From the NCBI GenBank assembly GCA_013265495.1, contig MU058384.1:4201239-4263238 (forward strand): a stretch of DNA of 62,000 nucleotides. The letters are read 5' to 3'. Shown here in pieces: positions 26,370 through 38,760 of the stretch. Numbering within the stretch: the first letter of the stretch is position 1; every line of letters starts with the position of its first letter. The notes beneath the pieces were generated by a model. That model had not been told where the DNA came from, ran no database searches, and was given only the letters and a program-made list of their open reading frames with translations. Position numbers and translations under genes: made by a program. The DNA is from Vicugna vicugna. Taxonomy: Eukaryota.

Positions 26370-26610
26370 GCCCATTATGGTCAAGAGCTTGTGCTCTGAC
26401 GTTGTATTTTTAGAGTTTGAATTCTGGCTGACAAGTTATTTCTTGGGTGAGTTATTCCTCCTCTTTGGGCCTCAGTTTCCTCTTTTTAAATAGTAGTGCC
26501 TACTTTATGGGGATCTTGTGGGGATTAAGTGAGTCAATCTGTGCAAAGCACGCAAAGCAGTGTCTAGAACTTACGGACTCCACACGTTAGCTATTAGTAT
26601 TACTACCATT
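26370..26610 (+). mobile_element. MIR SINE
   Basis: ggtcaagagcttgtgctctg...ctctttgggcctcagtttcctc...gggattaagtgag...gttagctatta. Confidence 0.82.
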
Positions 26611-29589
26611 TGATATGTGTGTGGCATAAATGACTGTGTCAGTGGTTCCCAAGTACTCATGGAAGGTCCAGGTTTGCGGCATCAGATCACCTCAGGATGT
26701 TTAGAAAATATACTGGTTGGAGATTCAGGTTCAAAGAGTTTGCAGTTACAGTGTGATGGATACCTTCTTGAAGATGTGTTGGAGCACAGATACGGGAATA
26801 ATTAGTTAGTTTTCCAGGAGGATTGAAGAAGGCTTCACAAAGGTCGTAATGCTGGGCCATGCCTTCAGCAGTGAATACAGTCAGCGGTCAGCATCCCCGG
26901 GTTCCGCAGCTGCGGACGTGGAGGGAGGACCGTAAGGGATCTGAGTATTCACGGATTCTGGTTTCTGCGTGGGGCGGGGCAGGCATGGGAGTGTCTTCGG
27001 GAGTGAATCCCCTGTGGATACAGAGGGATGAATGTAGATATCTCCCAGGAGAAGAGGTGGCTGGGAAGGGGTGTACTCAGCAGAGGAAGTAGGTACACCT
27101 GAAGTTCTACTAGATCTGTTGAGGACCTATTCCTAACCAGACAGACTGCTGGACATACCGAGCTCATTTACCTCTCACCTCGATCCAGTGAGACCGGTGT
27201 TACAATGTCCTTCCATATGTGTGGCCATTAAGCAGTCTGGGTATTTTTCGCATGCTCACAGAAGATGCAGGATTCAAACCCAGTCTGACTTGAAAGTTCA
27301 TGGTCTTTCCGCTCAGTGTGTACCCTGGGTAGTGCAGTTAGGGCACGCAGGCTCTGGGTGGGGCGGCCAGGGTAGACACGGAAGCACAGCATCCCTCCTG
27401 TGCTTCTCGGTCTTCAGGAGACTACAGCCTCGGGCAGCCTTGCCTACGAGGGCCCCACAGCCAGCCGCCTGCATCCTGGGTTTGGGATTAAGCGCCTCTC
27501 ATCTTAATGCTGTTGTGGCGGCCGTTGTTAGGTGCAGGGATGTTTGCCACCTTCCCTTGAGATTTGCCTCTGTAATTGCTGCCACTTTCTTCAGGTGTGG
27601 GTTCTACTGCCCTCCCTCTTATGGTTACTTACAGGTAACAAATCACCCAGGTGCCCCAAGGCAATTTGGTTTGCTAGTTAGAAAGAAACAAGATCTCAAT
27701 CTTGTGTGTTAACCCTGAGATCTCAGTTTGGAAACACACAAAAGATCTGAAGGATGGAAACACTCTATTTTTTCACATAGATAGTTAAATGGGTCCATGG
27801 TGAGTCTTAAAGCTTCTGAAACTTTGAGGGTAGGGTCGCAGTAAGAGGACAGAACCTCTCATTTTGTTTGTTAATGAAGTCACAAGAGATTGGCTGTGCT
27901 GCTTCTGGGTAGGAGGTTGAATTTAATTTTATTTAACAAACAAGTCATTCTAGCTCAGTGACTCATAGGGAAACTTCAGTCAAAAGAAACTTGATTTACT
28001 CCTGCTTCCCTCTGTATTTTACTGACTCCAGAAATCCAAAGAAGCCACTATGCCAGAAATACTCCGAGTGGGTTAGGGTTTTACTCAAGGAAATGCTGCA
28101 GTACAAAACTGCCATTTCTCTGTGCTGTGTTCAGGGGAGTTAGCAAACCCTCAGGGCTCTGACACAACCGGCCATGTTTGTACCGAATCGAATCCATGAG
28201 GGGAGGGGATGGGGTGATGTCTGAACTGTGATGTCTAAACTGTGTCTCACAAAGGAAAATAAATTGCTGGTGAAACTTCCTTCTTTGCGGGCTTTATCGT
28301 TGGTGGACTTGTGCTTTGATAAATCAAGCTTATTATAAACTAACACTGTAAGAGAACTTGAACAAAGTATTTTCAAGTTGATTTTGTGATACCTGTTCTG
28401 GACCTGTTGCTCATGGGTGGATGTGATTACCAAGTGGAGCTTCCAAAACCTGCCTCTCTCACCCGTACTGCAGGCCCATACTTCCGGTTTCCTCCTGGAT
28501 ATCTCCGCTTGACCCTCCTACGAGCAACTTGTCCTGACTGAGCTCACCATCTTTTTCCCGTCAGCCTCCACTTTCCCCACCGTTGACCTCACCTCTGGTT
28601 CTTCTGATGACCAGACCAACCCCAGGAACCCCTTTTGGATATGGTTTTCCCCAGACAGTCAGGTATATTGAATGACTTCTCTGGCTCCTACTTGAATACC
28701 TCATTCTCCCATAATATTTATACCTAGTTGGCTAGAATAGTTGACGGCACTTTCCTGGTTCCTTAGGTCTTGGGGCATGTTTTAGATCGGCCCTAAACGC
28801 TGGCCTCAGTGTGAAGCCCTCCTTGACATCATCATTGCTTCAGTAACCACTCATGTTTTAGTTCCTCCAGAAAGCCTTCTCTAATTTCCCAAGACAGAGT
28901 GAATTCTTCGCTTCTCTAACTTCCCCAAAGTTTATCACTCTCTCCTCTGAATCTTGACACAGACATGTTTCTCATATTATGTATACTCTTACTTTATATG
29001 CACGTATTATGTGATGCATGACATCACATCAAAATGTATTTGCTTATGTCTCTGGAAATTCCTCGAAGGCAGTGGCTATGTCTCATGCATCTTCGCATCT
29101 TTAGCACCCGGCATACTGCTTACCCTCGGAGGCACTCCATTGATGGCCAATGATGAGTAGCGACAGGGAATGAGGGAAACAGTGCAGACACCACCAACCC
29201 TGTCTTCTGCATGCAGTGGCATGCTGGTGGCTGACCATCCTACAGGTCTGGCACTTCCGTATCTGAAGTGCTGAGGAACTTGCAGCCAGAAACCCTGAGT
29301 GCCCACCATGGAGAATGTCCCAGGTGAGTCAGAAGGCACTAAAACCACAACCAATGCCTTGCCTTTCTTCCAGAGGAAGGCAAATATTGAACTTTGAAAT
29401 GGTGAGGCGTTACCTTGGCACTGGAGAAGTCTGAGCTCATCCCAACCAGCACCTCCCTTCTCTGCTTGGGGACCACAGGGCTGGGACCACAGGGTTTAGG
29501 AGATGGTGGGATATCATCCTCTCAGCATGACTTCTTTCAAATCACAGTAACATTTTTATAGGATGTTTTTATTTTATTTTCTCTTTTTA

Positions 29590-29875
29590 AATTTTTCTTT
29601 TTTTTTAAAGTTGAGGTATAACCATTGTGTAAGTTTAAGGTGTACAACAGGTTGATTGGATACCTTTATATATTACAATATGATTAGCCATGGCTAACAC
29701 CTCTATCACTTCACATACTTATCATTTCATTTTTAGGATGTGAACAATTAAGATCTAATCTAGTCTTCTGGCAACTTTGCAGTATAGAATACAGTCTTGT
29801 TGACTGTAACAACTGTGCTGTGCATTTCAGAACTTACTTATCTATTCATAGCAAGTTAGCCCCCTGAGCATCTTA
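29590..29875 (-). mobile_element. L1MA-type (L1MA8/9-like) 3' end
   Basis: T-rich tail then gtaagtttaaggtgtacaac...taacacctctatcacttcacata...aagatcta. Confidence 0.8.
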
Positions 29876-31246
29876 ACTGTCACATTTTAGTTTAGGTTCC
29901 TTACATTTTGTGTGGCTCTCACATTACAAGTTATTTTTAAGATTAATGAAAGGCTGTCACTATCTGCTAGGAATTCTCTTAGAAAAGGGAGTTTGTAATC
30001 AAATTGCCCCTCCCTCTTTAAGATGGAGATATCATCACCAGATGGTTTGTAGCACACTGAGTGGCTTTTGGTTGACAGTCCTCTTGTGAATGTATTTAAT
30101 ATTTCTGCAGGGTATAACATGTTTGGGTGGAAGCTTTTAAAAAAGCATTTGAATCTCTGGGTCACTTCTTCATAAAAAGGTTAATCTATATGTTTGTAAA
30201 TGTTAGTTCTATTTTGGAAATAATGAGCAAAGGAAAATATTTTTTTGTAACTCTGCTAAAATTACCACATGCTTATGCCGTTATAATGGCCCTGCCTGGG
30301 GAGGCAGATCTGGAGGAACAGAACTTTAAATACCAAGATTAGCAAATTAACCGACAGGAAAAAACAAATAGCCAATTAACCTACTACTGCACAGCCTGGG
30401 GGCTGGCCTGGAGCTCCAGGCTCTCTGTGGCAGCTGATATTTGGTGTCCTGAAACCTCCAGCCGATGCTGTTTCTCTCCCTCAAGCTCCACAATCCCAGG
30501 GAATGTTTGCTTTGTATGTCACTTCCTTTGCTGAGCAAGTGAGGAAATCACATCGTGTTGCTCTGAAATGGTTGCTACGGGAACATCTCCACCTAGTCAT
30601 TATCTACACAGGCCACTGATTATATTAAGCCAAGAGACAGATCGTAGAAGGGGTCGCTGGAGCCACCTGCTCTGCAGAAAATTGTAATTGCGTCTGCGAC
30701 ATTCACCTCTGTGGCCACACGTTTCTCTCAACACTCCTCTCTACATTTTCTTCTCCCTTGTTTCCCCCCAAAGTTAGTAAATGAAATAAATATGTAGGAA
30801 ATCAGCATGGAGATAATATGAGCCATTACATCCCCATCTCCCCTGCTCTCCTCCAGTCCTCTGTTTTAGAACCTCATGTGGAATAAAAATTATTGTTACC
30901 TTTTCTCTCATTCTATTCTGAACCTTTATGCTTAGATGTAAAGATGACTCTCTTCTTTAAAATGCTATGATTCCTGTGTCCCACACAATGGTGCTGAAAA
31001 GCCACAGTTTCCTGCTACTTATCCAAAGAAGCTTCTAGAAACTCATAGAGATGTCTCTTTTCTAAATTGTATAAAATATAAACAGAAAATGAAACTGGCT
31101 GTTAAGAAGTAATTTTATCTCACATATTTCTATTAATCTGGATGGAATTCGTATGAGGAGGACTTTCTGATCTTTATTCCCAGATTGCCAGTGACATATG
31201 AGAAGTGTCTTGGAGTATTCTTTTCTAGGGAAAACTATACAATCTG

Positions 31247-31377
31247 TTGGCCTTGTAATTTATTGTCCAAACCAGGCTATTTTGGGAGTTGAAAGGTCAC
31301 ATTATTAATAAGTATGCCTAGACAACAGCTGCAAATTAGGATTATGCCTGACAGACCAGGTATACATTTTCACCTTA
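31247..31377 (+). mobile_element. MER81/MER94-like hAT-Blackjack element
   Basis: taatttattgtccaaaccagg...gaaagg...tattaataagtatgcc...tcacctta. Confidence 0.65.
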
Positions 31378-31706
31378 TATGTAGCTGAGAGGAACATGAG
31401 CATGGCAGTGCTATGCCCTCAAAAAAGCTGGGGAAAGCAGCACCTCTTGCAGAAGAACATTTATGCATTTAGAAATTATAACTGTGGAGTTTCAAATCTG
31501 GGTTAGCAAGGGTTTCCCTTTTTGTTTATACTTCTATTGCATGTAAATTTGGTTAATGTGAGTCTATTCTTTAAGTGAACTGATGACACTGGGAAAAGAA
31601 TGACAATGGAAAAGAAAAAAAAGACATTAACAAAGGAAAATAGACTGGACTGAATGTATCTATAGAGATGTCATAAACCCTTTTGCTCTGTTTAAAAATC
31701 CAACTT

Positions 31707-31914
31707 AAGGGTTTGTAATTTTTTTCTATAAAGGGCTATATACTATGTGTTTTGAGCCATATGGTCTTGGTTGCAGCTACTCTGCTATGTAGGGTGAGTA
31801 TCTGTACATGACACATAAATGGATGGGTGTGCTGTTTTCCAATAAAATCTTGTTGACAAAACAGGCAGGGTGAGGAACAGATTTGGTGCATTGGCTATTG
31901 TTTGCCTATCTCTG
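31707..31914 (+). mobile_element. MER58A-like hAT-Charlie element
   Basis: ttttctataaagggc...ccatatggtct...gcagctactc...ttccaataaaa...acaaaacaggc...gtttgcc. Confidence 0.78.
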
Positions 31915-34783
31915 ATCTAGTTCTCTGTTTTAATGTCTAGGAACTGTGTTCTGATAGAAGGAAAGTTATTTTAGATATGAATTCTGATGTCTCCTGTCCT
32001 GTTATGACCAGTTGGAGCTGTGGCTAGTGGGGCCCATGGATGGAGAAGTACAACGGGTCTTACTACTTAGTGTACATTTTTGCTTGTGAGTGTTTCAGTC
32101 ATTCGAGGCACAGCGGAGTGTGTGGTAGAGGGTAAGCAGCCAGGGACACTTTGGACAGGGAATGGCTGCCACGTAAGCTTCACTTAGCACCTTAGAAGGA
32201 AGGCTGCAGTGAAGCAGGCAGGGAAGGGAGGCTGTGGTGATTCAGTTTTTCCTATAAACGATTTTTGAAAAAATTCCTAGTTCCTTGGGAGAGTGTGCAA
32301 AAGTGTAAGCACCTGAAGAAAATGGATTCTTGGGTTTGTGCCTGTACTTGGAAAACACGGACTCAAAATTAAGGTAAATGATATTAAAAAATCACTTTAG
32401 TTCAGTACTTACCATGTAGAATTGGAAATGTTCTTAGGGGTCTAACATTTCTTATAAAGTTATATTGAAAATGTTTCCCTTCAGGCAGAAAGTGCACACT
32501 AACACCTCAGGCAAACCACAAGGACATGAATGAGGTTAAAGAGAATTAAGTAGACTGTACACTATAAAGCAGTAAGAGCTATGACATATATATTATATCT
32601 TATGTGATGCTATATAATACAGATGTTCACATGTCAGCTGCTACTTGGTGACAAGCTGCTTTAATTGCAGACTAAGCTAGGAAAGCTAGGAAATTGTGGA
32701 GAGTGACCACAGTAATGTCATTGGTTCTAGTTTCATCTTACTAACAAGGTATATGAAAGCATTAGGCAATGGAATGGGAGGTACCACAGATAACGAAAAA
32801 TATTAGAGTTCTATCCGAGCTGTTTAAGTGAAGAGGATGACTGACATTTGTAATTATTTAATATAATCTTTTTGAGGGGACTCTTTAACTGGTATGTTAA
32901 CGTGAATTACTGAGAGGTCAGTAACTATAAAGAGAGTGTCCTTCAGGATCCTAAAGTCTACATATAGGAATTTTTACACCTAGGAAAAAAAATTGAGACC
33001 GCTTGTAAAACAATTATAAAAATAAGGTAAATTTATATTGCTCAGCATATGTTACTGATAAAGAGCTCTGAGTGAAACAGTTACCCAGAGTTGGGGGCAG
33101 AGCAGAGGAGAAAGGGAATTGCGGGACGGATGGCCACCACTGTCACTCAGTGGGTGGAAGTTCATGAGCAACAGGTGAAATGGGGGTGGAGGGCAGAGAG
33201 CATCTGGGGTAGGGGAAGGAAGCTAGCGTTGAGTCCAGGTGCTAGAAGTTCCTGGAGGATCTACAGCAGGGGGTGACAGGACGGTACCTGCTTACAGATG
33301 ATCTTTTATATTGTGACTAACGTAACAGTGAAATATTATCTGCCTTGAGTTTCTGTTTAAATTCTTCTATATTTCCTAGTTTTTTTCAGCTTAAAAAAGT
33401 AAAATAAGGTATTAAAAAAAGTCCAAGTGTTACAGAAACCTGAGATGTAGACAGTTAAATTTTCTGTAATTCCACCTGCAAAGATTAACTATCATTAGCA
33501 GTTGACATTGCTTATTAACACTAGGATAAACAAAAAAATAGTTCATCATTTGGAATCTTAGAATTATAAAGAGAAATATCTCCTGTTTTTCTAATTTGTT
33601 CATGCCTTATATTAGAAACCATGATATAACATCTTGTTTACTATTGAAAAGAGGAATTTTGGTTATTTTTTGCCTCTGACTTGCAGTATGTGATGACATG
33701 GCGAGTCCTGGTCTACATGAGGCAGTGAACTGGACCCTTTCTTATCCCCACCCTGCTTGGTGGAACCATGTTCCTAACACCTGGAAATCTATACAGTCTA
33801 GAGGATGTCAAAGGGGTAACTTCCATGGGTAGCTGGTTATAAGAAGACGTAAGAGACACTGTCAGAGCTCCCCACAGGCTGTAACCAATGTTGCGTTGGT
33901 CTAGTGACTCAATTCTATCTTCTAAAAATGTGTCTTTTTGGGATCTGCGGGGCGGGGGGTTGTCTCTGGTAGAAAAAGAGTTACTCCAAGTCTCTCTGTC
34001 TCTGAAAGAGCTGCACACTGCTATGAGAGGTTAACAAGCCAGTGGAAGTACAAACATGCCCACGCTTTATTGGCCTTTGGAGGATCTAAGGATCCAAAGC
34101 AGCAAGTTCCAAGTTTTTCCTATTAATTTTTTGGGGTCAAAGTAAATCAAGTTACCTCTTTAGTTGAACTTGTTTATTTCAAAGAAAGTAATATTCTGTG
34201 GGTGCAACCTAGCACTTTGAAATTTATGGACAGGAAGTGATACAAGAACCCAATACTGAAAACCCTGGATCAAATTGTGAGATTTATCCACTTTATTCAC
34301 CTTTGATTCCCAAGTCCAAAGTGAAGGATGACTGTAATTGTTAGAAGACATGAAGTCTGGAGGGGGAAATGGTCACTGGTTTGGGTTTTCAAAGGAACTT
34401 GAGATTAAGAGAATTATGAACCAGAGGTTGAGCAAAACTCCAAATGAGGACGAGTATATGAAGGCGAAAGGTAGAAATAAGTGAACGTTCCAGGTAGTCA
34501 TGATGGAGGAAGCAGCAGCAAGTGCAGACTAAAAGGACCTCCCAGGGTGAGGAGTTTTGCCAGGAGAGTGAGAACAGACTTCAGAGACTCAGATTAGATA
34601 AAGCAGAGAGAATTAGATAATGGGTAATTACTAAGGGCAGCAGTAGACTAGGTTTCCCTGTGGGGTTTTAAAAATAAAATAGAATCTCCTCTAGTCTAGT
34701 CCTGGCTGAAGGTGGAGAGAATGTTCCTGACAATGAAAGGAACAGCTTCGTTGTATAGGGCTTCACAGTTTTTAAGATTTACA

Positions 34784-34864
34784 TTTTTTCCCCTTAACAG
34801 AGGCACCAGGGATTGAACCCAGGACCCAGTGCGGGCTCTGCCATTGAACTCTTACCCTCACCAC
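34784..34864 (-). mobile_element. vic-1-type tRNA-derived SINE (short, internally deleted) inserted in a MIR
   Basis: gggattgaacccagg (B box) and reverse A-box region. TSD taagatttaca (34773-34783) / taagatttgca (34865-34875). Confidence 0.8.
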
Positions 34865-35108
34865 TAAGATTTGCAGTTTTAAAGCTGACATGATCTCACT
34901 GGACCCTCCCTAAAGCTCTGAGAGGTAAGGCAGGGACTGGATTACTTCACTGCTAAGGAAATCTAAAGACAAAGGGTTAATTTCCTAATGGGAGGGGAGA
35001 GATGGAGGAAGGAAGGCAGACCTCCGAGGGTTTTGAAGTTCAGAGGGAAGTGAGAATTTTTTTCTTAAGGAAACATTTGTTCCTTTCCAGGTACACTTGA
35101 TTACTCAC

Positions 35109-35192
35109 TGTTAAGTAGGCGGAAGTCAATGAATGGGAAGGAGCCACGGCGTTCAGCAGGAACCCCCGTCTGACCCCTCAGTCGTACATCTC
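35109..35192 (-). CDS. PDE7B: PDE7B internal coding exon (exon 3 equivalent), encodes (G)DVRLRGQTGVPAERRGSFPFIDFRLLN(N)
   Basis: Minus strand reads ttttctattttctag|GAGATGTACGA...CTTAACA|gtgagt. 84 nt, phase 1/1. Translation matches the PDE7B N-terminal region, including the RRGS PKA consensus. Confidence 0.97.
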
Positions 35193-35834
35193 CTAGAAAA
35201 TAGAAAATACAAACAAATGTTTGAAAACATTGCCAAGTGTATTCACTTTTCCTCTGTAAATCCTCTTACCCACTTACTGTCACTGGAACCAACACTAAAG
35301 ATCGGGGGGGAAAACGATTCCATTCACCTCATTTAAGAGAGTGCTATGCGGGAAGGGTATTTAATGAACGCTGCGTGATGAACTTGGCAGTATAACAAAT
35401 GAAGCAGCACTCCTTTTGTGTTTGCCTGGAAGATGGTCTGTGAACATTTTGGTAATTTACAAAGTTTCCACAGTCTTTTTATTCTTCCTAGAACCATAAA
35501 GATGAAGCACCTTAATCTGGCGGACAAATGGTATGCTGGGATTATAGCTTTTATTTTAATTAGAAGTTTTAATTGCCCACAGTGTTATTTCTCTTGGTTA
35601 CTGCACAGTTTTGTTTTGTTTTTTTTCCCCTTCTAACTGGCATCCACACTCCTTGTTTTCCAGGTTGTATTATTGATCTTCTTTAGAATCTGCTCAGATC
35701 AGGGCCAGTCTCGCTCTGGGTACTTGAGACATTTAACCTTCCTTACACCTACGAGTCTGTAGAACTTCTCTAGCACTTGCTCATTTGTCAGTTTCTTCTA
35801 ATGTCTGTGTTCACTTTCCTTGATTAAGGGAAGC

Positions 35835-36000
35835 AATGAAGTAGAGTGGAAACATTTCGCATGGACTTTCAAATAAGGTAAACCTTGTTTAAACCTGGCG
35901 CAGACTCTGGCTTAGATAACCTGTGTGATCCCAGAAATTTATTTCTCTGAGCCTCAGCTGCCTCACTTCAAGGTATCATTGGTTGAAGAATCTAAAATAA
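35835..36000 (+). mobile_element. MIR SINE
   Basis: tgtgtgatc...tttctctgagcctcagctgcctca. Confidence 0.65.
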
Positions 36001-36819
36001 CACTTGCTGCCCAGCAATAAACACTGGTTTTACTTCCTGCTACACTCCTGCAAAGCAGGGGTCATGCATATTGTATTATGTGTTTTACATTTCTCTGTAG
36101 TGCTTTGTCTATTGTCTGGTACTTGGCAGACTCTAAGTGAATGTCTTCTGTTGACAAAAAGAGATATAAAGTCCCAATTCACCCGTTAGCACATATAATA
36201 CGGAATCAGAGAAGAGGTAAAAATACATGAGACCCAATATATTTCTTGAAGACCTAAATGGGGGGAGGTTTCGATTCCAGGAGTGAAGAGTCCACCTCCA
36301 TAAACCACTCTTTCTCAGACATGACGTGGCACCTGGGGCTCAGCCTCCCAGTGGACAGGAGGAACAGTCTTCTCTCAGCTCCTGGAGTTAACCAGGGCCT
36401 GGGTGACATCTCCATCAGCTGTAACTCAGGCAATCAACAGTGTTTAAAATATCCCTCACAGATGGGCCTTGTGCATATGTGGGCTTCTAAACTGCAAGCT
36501 GTGATCCCTTGGGCTATTCATTGCTTTGAACTTTATATCGATGCTTTATTTAATGTTTTGTATAATCTGATACTGTAGTGCTGTATTGATATTAAAGAAT
36601 GTTACAATTTACAGAACACAACAGAGTCGGAGGAGGAGGGAAGAGACTGAAAAGTACACTTAAAAATATGAGTATAATCTGACACCAAAGAAGGTAATGC
36701 TTGCATTTGATAACTTCATGGGGATGGATGGTTAATAGCTCTAGGAAAGATTCTGGGGAAAGCTGAAGGGTTTTCTTTTCCTTGAGTTGTCTTGCAACTT
36801 ATGTTTATAATTCTCCAAA

Positions 36820-36955
36820 GAGGTTACAAAGCACTTTCACATCATTGTATATTTATTTTCTTATTTCTGTCATAGGGTCTTCACAGTAGCCTCGTGAGGA
36901 GGCTCACCGTTAGTCTCCTTATTTTACAAGTGAGAAAATAGAGGCTCAGAGAAGA
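36820..36955 (-). mobile_element. MIR fragment
   Basis: cttcacagtagcctcgtgagg...attttacaagtgagaaaatagaggctcagaga. Confidence 0.75.
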
Positions 36956-37051
36956 AGGTGAAGAAGAAGAAGGACTGCTATTCCCCTCACTGGCCTCAGC
37001 TCTGGACTCAGACCCCTTAAAGGCTCTCAGTAGATACCTACTGACTTTATT

Positions 37052-37491
37052 TACATATTTTTATTATTCATTTTTATGGAAGTAAAGTTGATTTACAATA
37101 CTATACTAGATTCAGGTATATTTTTACAGATTATACTCCTTTAAATATTATTACAAGATAATGGCTATAATTCCTTGTGCTACATAATACATCCTTTATC
37201 TAGTCTATACATACTAGTTTGTATTTCTTAATCCCATACCCCTATCTTGCTCCTCCCTCCTCCTCTCTCCCCTCTGGTAACCACTAGTTTGTTTTCTGTT
37301 ATCTGTGAGTCTATTTCTGTTTTGCTATATACATTCATTTGTATTATTTTTAAAATTCCATGTAGAAGTAATAGCATACAGTTTTTGTGTTTTTCTAACT
37401 TATTTCACTGAGCATAATATTCTCTAGGTCCATCCACTTTGCTGCAATGGCAGAATTTCATTTGTTTTTAATGGCTAAGTAATATTCCTCT

Positions 37492-37533
<42 letters not shown>

Positions 37534-37680
37534 CATACGTGGCACCAGGGCTTCAGCTTACAAAGATACACACATATATACAGACACATATATATATAGA
37601 AATACACACATATATATAGATACATATGTGTATCTATATGTATATGTATATGTATATATGTTCTTTATCCATTCGTCTAT
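37052..37680 (-). mobile_element. Artiodactyl-type L1 3' end containing a microsatellite
   Basis: gttgatttacaata...ctctggtaaccactagtttgttttct...ctctaggtccatcca...aatggctaagtaatattcc. Likely TSD ctactgactttatt / ctattgactttaat. Confidence 0.85.
37491..37660. repeat. (TG)16 microsatellite followed by a degenerate (TA/CA)n tract
   Basis: Pure TG run 37497-37528; mixed ta/ca repeat to about 37660. Confidence 0.92.
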
Positions 37681-38339
37681 TGACTTTAATTGACTGCCTG
37701 AGTTTACGGTGCTTTAAGCTTATAATTAGCAGGGCAAGTCCTTAAATTTAGGTTGTTAAACTTCATAGGCAGAGCTCCCCCCTCAATACCATTGGTTTTT
37801 AGCCTTATGAAATGTGCATGCCTGGTTTTCAAAATTAAAAAAAATCATAGACGCTCCACATGATAGAAGTTGTGCTTTTAGTATTTATCGAGAAAGTACA
37901 GCATGTTAAATGATACAACAGACTCAGCACTGCCTTTAAATGGATTTCTATTTTATGAATGACAGTAAGATAGACATATACTTGAAAACCTATGTAGAGA
38001 TGAGACCATCTTTGTCTGCAAAGCTGGCTGGGCTTGTGGATTTGTTCACCGGTTGTATCATCCCTTTGGGCGTCTCCCGTGGGTTTCAGGCTCACCAACT
38101 GGAAATCACTTCTCCACTGGTATTTTCTTCTCAGTATTACCAGAGAGTTCCTCCTGACTTTGTAGTTCTAATGGTACTGTTTTCCCAGAAAACTTCTGTC
38201 TCATATCGATGGGGGTTTTAAAGCCTCTGCCGGAGTTTATCCCATTTGTCCATCTGAGAGTCAAAGGCAGAGGTAGCCCATCATCTTGTAAGACTTTAGA
38301 TTTAGAGAAACTGTGAGGAGACAGCATGAGGTGGCAGAT

Positions 38340-38530
38340 GGGTAAAAGGAGGGTGAGACGCTAGGAATCAGGGAACTCCCGTTACTGACATCATCCGCAT
38401 TTCGCCATCTTGGGTGATGTTGGGCAAATCAATAATCACCTTGAGGTCCAGTTTGCTAATATTTAAATGAGTATTACATAGCATTTCCCCCCACTTCACA
38501 GGATTGTTGTGAAGAAATTATAAGGTGCCT
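38340..38530 (+). mobile_element. MIR SINE
   Basis: tgggtgatgttgggcaaatca...cagtttgct...cacttcacaggattgttgtgaag. Confidence 0.7.
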
Positions 38531-38554
38531 GAAAATAACTAGATGGTTCACATT

Positions 38555-38760
38555 ATTGAATACTTTTGCTGTGCTGAGCATTTTATATGCATCACCTCAT
38601 ATCATCTACCCAACATCCCAATGAAGGAGGTATTATTATTATTACTAGACCATTCACAGATGAGGCAACTGAAGCCAATGGAAATCTGATAATTTGTCTG
38701 CACTCAGAGCTGGTGAGTGGGGAGCTTGTGCTCCAACTCAAGAACTGGCTCCATCCCCTT
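38555..38760 (-). mobile_element. MIR SINE
   Basis: ttattgaatact...cattcacagatgaggcaactgaagc...agctggtgagtgg. Confidence 0.78.

Noticed and set aside
27188..27712. Longest ORF in the track (174 aa, plus strand)
   Set aside because: GTG start, overlaps a MIR remnant, no recognisable domain; explained by local GC richness.
38340..38760. Adjacent oppositely oriented MIRs as a dsRNA hairpin
   Set aside because: Both copies are too diverged for extended pairing.
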